From positions 43,616 through 107,615 of the forward strand of contig CAZBMQ010000001.1 of the NCBI GenBank assembly GCA_964493485.1: DNA of 64,000 nucleotides. Reading direction: 5' to 3'. Under the pieces are notes generated by a model. That model saw only the letters and a program-made list of their open reading frames with translations. It was not told where the DNA came from and ran no database searches. The translations under genes and the position numbers were made by a program. Origin of the DNA: an uncultured Candidatus Saccharibacteria bacterium (GTDB lineage Bacteria > Patescibacteriota > Minisyncoccia > Minisyncoccales > JANBVM01). Positions 9,945 through 17,331 of the stretch are shown here, piece by piece (position 1 is the first letter of the stretch; each line of letters begins with the position of its first letter).

Positions 9945-9973
9945 TTGCTAAATTTGAAAAACTTTTCTATTAT
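9945..9973 (+). promoter_or_regulatory. Candidate promoter TTGCTA-N17-TATTAT for rpmB (near-leaderless)
   Basis: -35 is at 9945-9950 and -10 at 9968-9973. The ATG at 9982 is only ~9 nt after the -10. Confidence 0.4.
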
Positions 9974-9981
9974 TATTTATC

Positions 9982-10203
9982 ATGGCAAAAGAATGTCAAA
10001 TCTGTCACAAAAAATCTCATATATTCAAAAAAAGAATAAAACTGAGAGGTAAATATAATCCAAGCACTAAGAAAAGAAGATATCCAAATCTGCAATGGGT
10101 CAGGGTTCCTGTTGGGGTAAAAAAACAGGCTTTTAAAGAATTTGCTGGAAAAAGAATTTTAGCCTGCACTAAATGTATTAAAACACTCTCTAAGAAAAAA
10201 TAG
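9982..10203 (+). CDS. rpmB: 50S ribosomal protein bL28 (probable)
   Basis: 73 aa and basic. It starts MAKECQIC and carries the RRYPNLQWVRV motif resembling the bL28 R-x-F-x-PNLQ core. Confidence 0.55.
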   Translation: MAKECQICHKKSHIFKKRIKLRGKYNPSTKKRRYPNLQWVRVPVGVKKQAFKEFAGKRILACTKCIKTLSKKK

Positions 10204-10219
10204 ATAAACTCGAAATACG

Positions 10220-10339
10220 AAATTCAAAATCCAAACCAAACACCAATACCGAAGATTCAAACAACAAAAGCAGGTTTTGAATATTTGAGCATTCGGATTT
10301 TTGATTTGTTTCGGGTTTCGTGCTTTGGATTTAGAATTT
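10220..10339. repeat. 120-nt rod-like inverted repeat (family copy B) ending 7 nt before tRNA-Pro
   Basis: AAATTCAAAATCCAAA (10220-10235) pairs 15/16 with TTTGGATTTAGAATTT (10324-10339). There is an inner ATTCAAA/TTTGAAT apical stem. Shares arm sequence with 5771-5851. Confidence 0.6.
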
Positions 10340-10346
10340 ATCTACT

Positions 10347-10421
10347 CGGGGCATGGTGTAGCGGCAACATGCACCCTTGGGGTGGGTGTGACGGCGGGTT
10401 CGACTCCCGCTGCCCCGACCA
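10347..10421 (+). tRNA. tRNA-Pro (anticodon GGG), CCA encoded
   Basis: Hand-folded cloverleaf. Acceptor CGGGGCA/TGCCCCG, D stem GTGT/ACAT, anticodon stem CACCC/GGGTG with loop TTGGGGT (GGG at 10379-10381, G37). T arm GCGGG-TTCGACT-CCCGC, followed by ACCA. Confidence 0.85.
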
Positions 10422-10440
10422 AAAAATAATTAAATTTAAA

Positions 10441-10470
10441 AAACATCTATTTTGGATGTTTTTTTGTTTT
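10441..10470 (+). terminator. Weak hairpin plus T-run after tRNA-Pro
   Basis: AAACATC (10441-10447) pairs with GATGTTT (10455-10461), followed by TTTTTGTTTT. Confidence 0.45.
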
Positions 10471-10484
10471 TAATTTTTAGTATA

Positions 10485-10652
10485 AAAAACTAAAAAACAC
10501 CGCAGATGCGATGTGCTTTAGGGGCCCTGCTTTTCTGAAAAATGATCCTGAAATAAATCCAGGTGGGTGCCTAAGATGTACCCCGCAGGATACATACATT
10601 ATCAGGCTCCCAATGAGAGCTTATACGGGATTTTTACAGAAATAGCAGGGCT
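10485..10652 (-). ncRNA. Candidate ~170-nt rod-shaped sRNA, 6S-RNA-like architecture
   Basis: Its own promoter is at 10659-10686. A 14-bp closing helix (GCCCUGCUAUUUCUG / CAGAAAAGCAGGGC) is extended by AAAAAUCC/GGAUCAUUUUU. A ~16+16 nt central internal loop follows. The apical stem GGGAGCCU/AGGCACCC is capped by GUAUCC-UGCG-GGGUAC. The 3' terminator is at 10497-10514 plus a U-run. G-U pairs form only on the minus strand. Confidence 0.4.
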
Positions 10653-10658
10653 TATTTC

Positions 10659-10686
10659 ATTCTATCTCAAGCTGCCTGCCTGTCAA
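10659..10686 (-). promoter_or_regulatory. Candidate promoter TTGACA-N16-TAGAAT driving the sRNA
   Basis: -35 is the complement of 10681-10686 and overlaps the stop codon of the upstream ORF. -10 is the complement of 10659-10664. Confidence 0.5.
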
Positions 10687-10958
10687 CTTTCGAGCTTCCT
10701 CAACAAGGCATACACTATGTTGTTCATATCATAAGGAGTTAAGGTCAATGCTTCCCTTCTTCCTTTTTCAATAAGTCTTTTTCCTTCTTTTAACCGTTGA
10801 AGCGTTTTTCTGCCGCTATAATACCATAATGTCTTTTTCCCTGATTCCTCAATCCTTTTTATTTCTTCTTCTAAAATCTCTAAAGCCCCTTCATAGGGAA
10901 AGCGGTGTAAATAGTAATCTTTTTCTGTAAATTCTTCTTCTGTAAATTCTTTTTCCAT
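10683..10958 (-). CDS. Hypothetical 91-aa protein (tandem paralog 1)
   Basis: Shares KKTLWY-x-G-x-K-x-TL-x-x-L...LTP-x-D-[MV]-[ND]-NI-[IV]-Y-x-LL with the adjacent ORF. Confidence 0.6.
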   Translation of the reverse strand: MEKEFTEEEFTEKDYYLHRFPYEGALEILEEEIKRIEESGKKTLWYYSGRKTLQRLKEGKRLIEKGRREALTLTPYDMNNIVYALLRKLES

Positions 10959-10964
10959 ATATCT

Positions 10965-11225
10965 TTATTTTGCTTTTCTTTTTTCTCTTTCTTTTTGTTT
11001 TATTAATATCAATAAAAAATAAATGATATTATCAACATCATGAGGAGTTAAATTCTTGCCTCCTTCTTCTTCTAAATGTCTAAGTGTATTTTTAGCTCCA
11101 AAATACCATAGGGTTTTCTTTCCTGCTTTTTCAATATCTGCTATCCCTTCTCTTAGAAATTTTAATACCTTTTCATAATACCCCAAATATAGAATATAAT
11201 CTTTTTGAGTGAATCTAGGTTTCAT
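10965..11225 (-). CDS. Hypothetical 86-aa protein (tandem paralog 2)
   Basis: Paralog of 10683-10958 (see the motif there). Confidence 0.6.
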   Translation of the reverse strand: MKPRFTQKDYILYLGYYEKVLKFLREGIADIEKAGKKTLWYFGAKNTLRHLEEEGGKNLTPHDVDNIIYFLLILIKQKEREKRKAK

Positions 11226-11233
11226 AACTCTCT

Positions 11234-12298
11234 CTAAAGATTAAAAATATCATCTAATTGCTTTATCAAAGAAACAACCACAGGAGGAGGCAATAAACTA
11301 TAAGAAGGAACTCCATCGTTATCTTTTACTACCCAAGGCCTTTCTTTCATCTTAACTTCCTCAGTCTTCTCATCAAACTCAAAAACATATTCTGGGGTTA
11401 TCTCATAATCATCAACAAATTCTTTTGCCTCCTCAATAGGAATAGAGTTTCTCAATAATACCTTGGGGATTCCATAAAGAGACAGTGCCTGTTTTATTAA
11501 AACCTCGTCTGTCTCTAATCTTTTCCTTATTGGCTCAATACCCAGCTCATCTCCTTCTTTCAACACCATCTTAGCTCCCTTGCATCTTGGATTGTCGCAT
11601 ACTAAATAAAATTCTTTCTTCTTTTTATCAAAGCCTACTTTTGAGGTTGGGAGAAGCTTTAAGTTCCTTGATGTTTGACATATAGGACAGACTCTTCTCC
11701 ATTTAATTCTCTCATCAATCACTTCATTTGGAACATCAATTAAAACGAACACATCCGGGTCGTCCCTATAACCTATCAAGTCTCTGAAAAACAAGGAAAA
11801 ATCTATCTGATCCAAATTTCTGGGAAATCCGTCAACAAACAATGTCTTCTTTTCCATCTTTTCTATTTCTCTCTTTACCAATGTCAAAATCAATTCTGTA
11901 GGCAAAAGCACCTTTGTACTCCTGTTTTCCAAACTGGAAATAATCTCTTCTATAGAAATCCTGCCTCGATAGTTTCTCTTTAAAAACTCAAACAATTCCT
12001 TTCTCTTTTTTTCATCAGCCAACTCCCCATCGATCCTCCTTATCATATCCCCTATTGAGAAATGTTCAATCCTGTCAGGGCCAATGATTTCAGCAAACAT
12101 CTTTGAATAAGTCCCTTTCCCTGAGCTTTTCTTTCCCAATAAATATGCAATAAAGCTGTTTTCTTTAAGAAATTCTCTCAATTCTCTAATTTCTTTTCCT
12201 GCTTTTGCTTCAAAATATTCTCTCTGGCCCTCAGGGCTTATTAAATCAAATTTTTTATCAATGCCTTGTATTTTGGTTTTAAAAAGTGGAAACTTCAT
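11234..12298 (-). CDS. Atypically long adenylate-kinase-family protein with Cys4 LID
   Basis: P-loop GKKSSGKGT, VDGFPRN motif, and LID CPICQ...CDNPRCKG. I place the start at the ATG at 12298 (MKFPLFK) because the track ORF starts at a TTG. There are ~65-aa N-terminal and ~90-aa C-terminal extensions relative to ~215-aa Adk. Confidence 0.65.
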   Translation of the reverse strand: MKFPLFKTKIQGIDKKFDLISPEGQREYFEAKAGKEIRELREFLKENSFIAYLLGKKSSGKGTYSKMFAEIIGPDRIEHFSIGDMIRRIDGELADEKKRKELFEFLKRNYRGRISIEEIISSLENRSTKVLLPTELILTLVKREIEKMEKKTLFVDGFPRNLDQIDFSLFFRDLIGYRDDPDVFVLIDVPNEVIDERIKWRRVCPICQTSRNLKLLPTSKVGFDKKKKEFYLVCDNPRCKGAKMVLKEGDELGIEPIRKRLETDEVLIKQALSLYGIPKVLLRNSIPIEEAKEFVDDYEITPEYVFEFDEKTEEVKMKERPWVVKDNDGVPSYSLLPPPVVVSLIKQLDDIFNL

Positions 12299-12384
12299 AT
12301 GTTTAAAAGTTATTTTTCTTAATATACAAACTACAAAATACAAGCTACCAATTAAAATAGCTTGTGGAGTATTAAGTTCAGGGT

Positions 12385-13245
12385 TTATTTAAATTTTAAT
12401 TGTCTGCCGTCTGAAACAATCTTTATATCACCATCAATATCAGTTCTTAAAACTTTTATATCATATTTCTCTAAAATTTCCAAAACCTCCTTGTGGGGAT
12501 GATCATACTTATTATTCTTTCCGACAGATATTACAGCTATTTGAGGACTGACATTTTGTAAAAATTCCTCACCAGTTGAAGTCTTACTGCCGTGATGAGC
12601 TGTCTTTAAAACATCAGAATCCAGCACCACTCCTTTTTCTATAAGTTTATTTTCCACTGATTTATAAATATCTCCTGTGAACAAAAAAGATGTATTATCA
12701 AACACCAAGCGAAGAACTATTGATGTATTATTTGTATTCCCTATTTTTCTCCCTTGCAAGTCTTCAAAAGGAGAAATCACTCTGAAGCTTAGAGCTGGAG
12801 TAATAATCTTTTGTCCCCTCTTTACTATTCTCGTATCAATTGATTCTTCTTTTAATATCTTCTCCCATTCTTGATATTCTCCTGTATCTCTTAATACTCC
12901 TGTCCATAAAACATAATCTACTTTATATCTTTTCAAAACCTCAATTAAACCTGCCATATGGTCATGCTCAGGATGAGTTAGGACAATTAAATCTATTGTC
13001 CTATCCCAAAAAGGCATTTCTTGTCCCAACTTTTCTAAAATTGCGGAGGACGGACCTCCGTCAATTAAAATCTGATAGTTATAAGGTGTCTCAATAAATA
13101 TTGCATCGCCCTGACCTACATTAAAAAAATTAACCTCAAGTAATTGAGGTTTAATCAGCTCATAAACAATACTCCAGCTACATATATTTATAAATAATAA
13201 AACCCCAAAAATAAAAAAGAGGGGTTTTTTGAGAATTTTTTCCAT
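12385..13245 (-). CDS. ComEC/Rec2-type metallo-beta-lactamase domain protein, stand-alone, N-terminal TM anchor
   Basis: Motifs FNVGQGDAIFIE, LVLTHPEHDHMAGL and KTAHHGSKTS are present. ATG at 13245 (MEKILKK); the track ORF begins at an upstream GTG. Confidence 0.75.
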   Translation of the reverse strand: MEKILKKPLFFIFGVLLFINICSWSIVYELIKPQLLEVNFFNVGQGDAIFIETPYNYQILIDGGPSSAILEKLGQEMPFWDRTIDLIVLTHPEHDHMAGLIEVLKRYKVDYVLWTGVLRDTGEYQEWEKILKEESIDTRIVKRGQKIITPALSFRVISPFEDLQGRKIGNTNNTSIVLRLVFDNTSFLFTGDIYKSVENKLIEKGVVLDSDVLKTAHHGSKTSTGEEFLQNVSPQIAVISVGKNNKYDHPHKEVLEILEKYDIKVLRTDIDGDIKIVSDGRQLKFK

Positions 13246-13312
13246 TCCTATATTATACCACAATCTCACAAAATATTATCTTCAAAATTCGTTCTCATTG
13301 ATATTCTTTTCC

Positions 13313-15544
13313 TCAACCTATCTCTTTCACCTTACTATCCTCTGCCTCTAAGAAGTATTTATCCCTTTGATTGTAGTATCCAGTCTTTTTGTAGGTAGTG
13401 TGGTGTTCTGACAGGTCACTGACAGATACAGGTAGATCATTGTGTACTTCTCCAAGCACCACAACAGGTACATTTATTGATCTTGCATATTCCTTAAGAT
13501 AGGAAAAGAGTTTCTGAGTGAGCTGTGTGGGATATCTGGTAGAATAGTCAGTGTTGGCTTCAATGTTGTCAACCACTAAGGCAATGTTTCCTTGTGGGTC
13601 TGTACCTATCCAGCACCAGGCTGCAACAATGGGTTTTCCTTCTTTCTTGTCATATATGTTGACAACCTGTATGCCCAGATCAGTGAGATAGTCTGCAATG
13701 GTGACCTCTCCACCTTGGAACTTGCTGTCAATAGAGATACAGCATGGAGAGTAGTTACCTTGATAGAGGTCAATGTCTGGGTTCCTGTTCCATACAGATA
13801 CATACATTGGATTACCATAGAACCTTTGCTTTTTCTTGGAGAACATCTGGTTGATTGTGTGAGTGTCAGTAGCTATGTGTTCAAGGGATTCTGAGAGATC
13901 TTGGTTGAGTTCTTGTATGAGGGAGTCCTTTCTTTCTTTGCCAAGATGGGTGGAGAGAAGCTGGTCTAGTTCTTGTTTGAAGATATCTATTCTCTTTTGG
14001 GTTTTTGTGAATAGCTCCTTGAGAGAGTGTTTTGTTCTTGATATGCGTTGGGATAATTGTTTGGTAAATCCTTGTGTCTGTAGTGTGTGTTCTAATTCTT
14101 CTAAGGATGTGTTCTTTTGGGTTAGTGAGGTGAGTTGTTGTTCTATTGTGGAAATTCTGTTTTGTATGTGTTGCCATACAGAGATGGGTTTTTCTTGTTT
14201 GAGGTTGAGTTCTTCTTTCTGGAGCTGTACCTTAAGTCTTTGTATCTTTGTGAGGTTCTTTTTTGGTTTGGATTGTTCTTTTTTTATCTCTTCTTTAAGG
14301 TTGTGTATTGTTTGCTGTCTCTTTGTCTCAATATATAATGTATTCAGATCCTTGTCATATTCATAGTCTTGTAAGAGCTTGGGTATACTGTTTAGATACT
14401 CTTGTGCAGATGAGATGAATCTTTGAAGGTTGGGTTTGAGTATCTGGGAAAAGGTTTCTGGTTCTTCCTTTTCTGTTCCTAAGATAAAGTCTTGTTGTAT
14501 TGAATAGTCAAGCCATTGTTCTATGTTGATTCCTTTGTTTTTTAGTTCCTCTAGTATGTGTTGGTTGTTCCAGAGAGATGTGAGGTGTTCTTGCATGAGT
14601 GTTCTGAATTCTTTGGTGTTAGGATCAATATGTGGGTGTTCTGAGAGTATTTGTTGTTTTATGTCATACAGGGTCTTGATTTTTTCTTTTGAGATGTTGT
14701 CAAAACTATAGTATTCTGTGAGTAGTTTGGGGCCAAAACGAGGATTGGCAAATACTGCTTCTTTTAAAAAAGGATAATCTTGTAGTTGCTTTTTTAAGAG
14801 ATCTGGATTCTTTATGAATCTGAATAAAGAGAAGAATAGGTTTGGTGAGGTCTGGGCTTTTTCATATATCTCAGGAAATCTCTTTTTTAGCATGTGAAAT
14901 AACCTCTCAGCTTTTGGAATCTCTTCAATTATCTCTTCTCGAGAAACACTGAATGAAAATGCTTTTTCTATTCTCAAAGCATAATCAGTATGATTTGATT
15001 CAAGCAGTCTAATAAAAACTTTTTTCACTATTTCTTGTGTATGATTTTTTGACAAATTAAACTTTTCTTTTATTTCTAAAGCAGCCCCAAAATAACCCTC
15101 TATTAATCTCCTAATAAAACCTTGTTCTGCCGCTCTTTTTATTTCCTTGGTTCTAATAAAACTCTTCGATAGATTAAATTTTTCTTCTATTGCTAAGGCA
15201 GAGTCGATATCACCTGATTTCAACTTTTTTATACATAATTGCTCTGCCATCTTTTTTATCTTCCTATTCTCAATAAATTCTTTTGGCAAATTAAGTTCTT
15301 CTTGAATGATTAATGCGTTATAAAAATTATCTGCCTTCAATCCCTTAATGAAGCTTTTCTTTGCCGCTCGGAGGATTTTTTTGCTCTTTATAAACTTTTC
15401 TGGTAGATTAAATTCATCTTTAATATCTAAAGCCTTATATATATCTCCTTCTTCTAAATATCTAACGAAAAGTTCTTTTCCCTCTTTTAATGATTCTCCT
15501 TCTCTTTCATATCCTTCTTTTAGTCTTTCTACATTTCTTGACAT
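13313..15544 (-). CDS. 743-aa hypothetical protein: 5 tandem ~37-aa helical repeats, Q/K/E/T-rich coiled-coil middle, Cys-containing C-terminal globular domain
   Basis: Repeats have the form ..A-L-x-I-x-E-x-F-N-L-[PS]-K-x-F-I..I-K-x-x-A. The C-terminal part reads YQGNYSPCCISIDSKFQGGEV...AAWCWIGTDPQGNIALVVDNIE. Confidence 0.7.
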   Translation of the reverse strand: MSRNVERLKEGYEREGESLKEGKELFVRYLEEGDIYKALDIKDEFNLPEKFIKSKKILRAAKKSFIKGLKADNFYNALIIQEELNLPKEFIENRKIKKMAEQLCIKKLKSGDIDSALAIEEKFNLSKSFIRTKEIKRAAEQGFIRRLIEGYFGAALEIKEKFNLSKNHTQEIVKKVFIRLLESNHTDYALRIEKAFSFSVSREEIIEEIPKAERLFHMLKKRFPEIYEKAQTSPNLFFSLFRFIKNPDLLKKQLQDYPFLKEAVFANPRFGPKLLTEYYSFDNISKEKIKTLYDIKQQILSEHPHIDPNTKEFRTLMQEHLTSLWNNQHILEELKNKGINIEQWLDYSIQQDFILGTEKEEPETFSQILKPNLQRFISSAQEYLNSIPKLLQDYEYDKDLNTLYIETKRQQTIHNLKEEIKKEQSKPKKNLTKIQRLKVQLQKEELNLKQEKPISVWQHIQNRISTIEQQLTSLTQKNTSLEELEHTLQTQGFTKQLSQRISRTKHSLKELFTKTQKRIDIFKQELDQLLSTHLGKERKDSLIQELNQDLSESLEHIATDTHTINQMFSKKKQRFYGNPMYVSVWNRNPDIDLYQGNYSPCCISIDSKFQGGEVTIADYLTDLGIQVVNIYDKKEGKPIVAAWCWIGTDPQGNIALVVDNIEANTDYSTRYPTQLTQKLFSYLKEYARSINVPVVVLGEVHNDLPVSVSDLSEHHTTYKKTGYYNQRDKYFLEAEDSKVKEIG

Positions 15545-15773
15545 ATATTATGAAATATGGTTACTCCATATACCATTTTAGCATGAAGAAAAAACTTAAA
15601 AAATTTCGTGATGATTCATAATAATACATTTTATGCTTATTTTTTGCTGGGGAATACTCTGGATATTATCAATACAAGATGGAATTTCTATTTTTATTTA
15701 AATCAGAAAAAGCTTTTCATTAACAAACCGAATATTATTTTCAAAAAATTGATTGTCTCAAAAAACAAGATTG

Positions 15774-15796
15774 TTGCGGAGGTCCGTCCTCCGCAA
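15774..15796. repeat. Perfect 9-bp-stem hairpin TTGCGGAGG-TCCGT-CCTCCGCAA; 20 nt identical to comEC-like coding sequence at 13041-13063
   Basis: CGGAGGTCCGTCCTCCGCAA (15777-15796) equals the reverse complement of 13041-13060. Confidence 0.8.
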
Positions 15797-15890
15797 GCTT
15801 GATTTAAGGAAAAAAAGAAGTTTGTTTGACTAAAATACTTAATAAAGATAAAAAAAATATAAAGCATCTTAAAAATAAAGAGGGATAGAT

Positions 15891-16148
15891 TTGAATATAA
15901 AACTGTCTTTAATTATATTCAGCGCTGGAATTACTCTCTACTTTATAATGTTTGTATGGCTTTTTGATTCTACAGAAATTGCGATATTAGGAATGATAAC
16001 AATATTTCTTGTTTTAGTTTGGACTGTAGAATCTGTTTCTTTGTCAATAATACAAAAATACTATTTCTCAGAACTCGAAGAAACAACTAAAAAACTAGAA
16101 GAGAATCTTAAAAAAATAGCCGAAAAACTAGAGGAAACTTTTAACTAA
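15891..16148 (+). CDS. Small membrane protein (2 TM plus short coiled coil), TTG start
   Basis: Hydrophobic segments IIFSAGITLYFIMFVWLF and ILGMITIFLVLVW. A terminator follows at 16161-16187. Confidence 0.4.
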   Translation: MNIKLSLIIFSAGITLYFIMFVWLFDSTEIAILGMITIFLVLVWTVESVSLSIIQKYYFSELEETTKKLEENLKKIAEKLEETFN

Positions 16149-16160
16149 ATAATAAATAGA

Positions 16161-16187
16161 AAGGGCAAAAGCCCTTATTTTTTTATT
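16161..16187 (+). terminator. Intrinsic terminator AAGGGC-AAAA-GCCCTT plus T-run
   Basis: Read directly. Confidence 0.65.
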
Positions 16188-16200
16188 AAAAATTCTTTAT

Positions 16201-16228
16201 TTGACAGAGATTCTCTGAGAGTTAAAAT
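16201..16228 (+). promoter_or_regulatory. Candidate promoter TTGACA-N16-TAAAAT
   Basis: -35 at 16201-16206 and -10 at 16223-16228. SD AGGGGGTGAG lies at 16261-16270, before the ATG at 16274. Confidence 0.5.
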
Positions 16229-16273
16229 AAAATGGTGGATTCATTCTTTTAAAAAGGGTTAGGGGGTGAGCAT

Positions 16274-16573
16274 ATGCCTAAATTTTTCAGAGATGCTCAA
16301 GGGAGAAGAATCTCAATTGAGGAGATCGAAGAAAAAATTAGAAAGAAACGAGGAATTAACATTACTTCAAGAAGAGGGGTTATTCGGAGAGTCATACCGC
16401 ACAGAATAATATTTAAAAGATGTGAAGAGTGCGGCTTCCCCGTATTAGAAAAAATAAGAGAAGACGAAACTCAAATCAGAGCTGGATGTCCTTACTGCGG
16501 AACCTGTATTAATTTATTTTTAAAAACTCTTGAACATCTCACAAAACAAGGTGCAAAAGCACCTCTTTTTTAA
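16274..16573 (+). CDS. Hypothetical zinc-ribbon protein (CEECG...CPYCG)
   Basis: Strong SD and two CxxC pairs. Terminator hairpin AGGTGC-AAAA-GCACCT (16549-16564) overlaps the 3' end. Confidence 0.5.
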   Translation: MPKFFRDAQGRRISIEEIEEKIRKKRGINITSRRGVIRRVIPHRIIFKRCEECGFPVLEKIREDETQIRAGCPYCGTCINLFLKTLEHLTKQGAKAPLF

Positions 16574-16605
16574 AAAATAATCTTTCAAAACACCTGAAAT
16601 GTCTA

Positions 16606-17205
16606 TTACCACCTCAATAAAAACTCATGGTATTCATCTCCTTTAAACGGGCATTTTGTTTCTTTGCAGTCAACAGGTACATTAACCACCATTTTAATCA
16701 TATTGCCAAAATATCCTTCTAAAAGAGTACAGTGAAGCGGATGCAAAACAAAATTTTTAAGCCTTAAAATCACTTTCTTTTTTTTACTATCTATTTCTAT
16801 CACTTCAAAATCTCCTGTTGTATAATATTTCCTCCAAATCTTCGGACCTTGTTTTGCAAGCATCTCAAGAGAAACAAAAAATTTCATAAAAAGCTTTACA
16901 ATCAATGAAATCTTAGTCTGAAAAGCACCCATCTGTCTAAATTTTTCTTTATCAAAACCAAAAAGTTCCTTTATCGCCAAAAGCTCTATTCCTCTTAACC
17001 CCACAGGATAAAAATCCATAGGCCTTATCTCTTTGTATCTTATTGAAAAACCAAAATCATTTAATCTCTTTTCTAGTCTTGCCAACCCCTTTTGTCCTTC
17101 TTCCTTCAAAATAAATTCTCCATCAGACTTCAATGAGGTTCCTCTTGCCTCCCCTTGTATTTCCATTAATTTTTGTACAATCTCCTTTGTGAGTACTTCT
17201 TCCAT
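16606..17205 (-). CDS. V4R/H-NOX-like sensor-domain protein, paralog 1 of 6
   Basis: Aligns over its full length with 52090, 56537, 57807, 58439 and 60290. Ends CKETKCPFKGDEYHEFLLRW. I place the start at the ATG at 17205 (MEEVLTKE) to match paralog length; the track ORF starts at the TTG at 17277. Confidence 0.7.
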   Translation of the reverse strand: MEEVLTKEIVQKLMEIQGEARGTSLKSDGEFILKEEGQKGLARLEKRLNDFGFSIRYKEIRPMDFYPVGLRGIELLAIKELFGFDKEKFRQMGAFQTKISLIVKLFMKFFVSLEMLAKQGPKIWRKYYTTGDFEVIEIDSKKKKVILRLKNFVLHPLHCTLLEGYFGNMIKMVVNVPVDCKETKCPFKGDEYHEFLLRW

Positions 17206-17275
17206 ATCTTCTATGGTTATAATACCATAAATATCATTATCATTCCAGCTAAATATTTTGGGGGGGGTATTAAAC

Positions 17276-17305
17276 AAAATGCCAGCCCTTAAAGACTGGC
17301 ATTTT
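17276..17305 (-). terminator. Hairpin AAAATGCCAG...CTGGCATTTT (10-bp stem) after the small zinc-ribbon gene
   Basis: Read directly. It is flanked by A-runs and T-runs, so it could act in both directions. Confidence 0.55.
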
Positions 17306-17331
17306 GTTAAAAGACTTCCGGAAATCCTTTA

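Noticed and set aside
10285-10473. 62-aa plus-strand ORF.
   Set aside because: It is fully explained by the overlapping tRNA-Pro gene and the inverted-repeat element.
13592-14711. Cluster of alternative-frame ORFs on both strands (13592-13894, 13606-13818, 13863-14366, 13881-14177, 14135-14338, 14523-14711).
   Set aside because: They are nested inside the 743-aa gene, in a region whose skewed composition suppresses stop codons in several frames. There are no independent signals.
15608-15802. 64-aa plus-strand ORF.
   Set aside because: It is AT-rich with an N/I/F/K low-complexity translation and no RBS. It ends in the GC hairpin, which is better explained as a repeat or structure.
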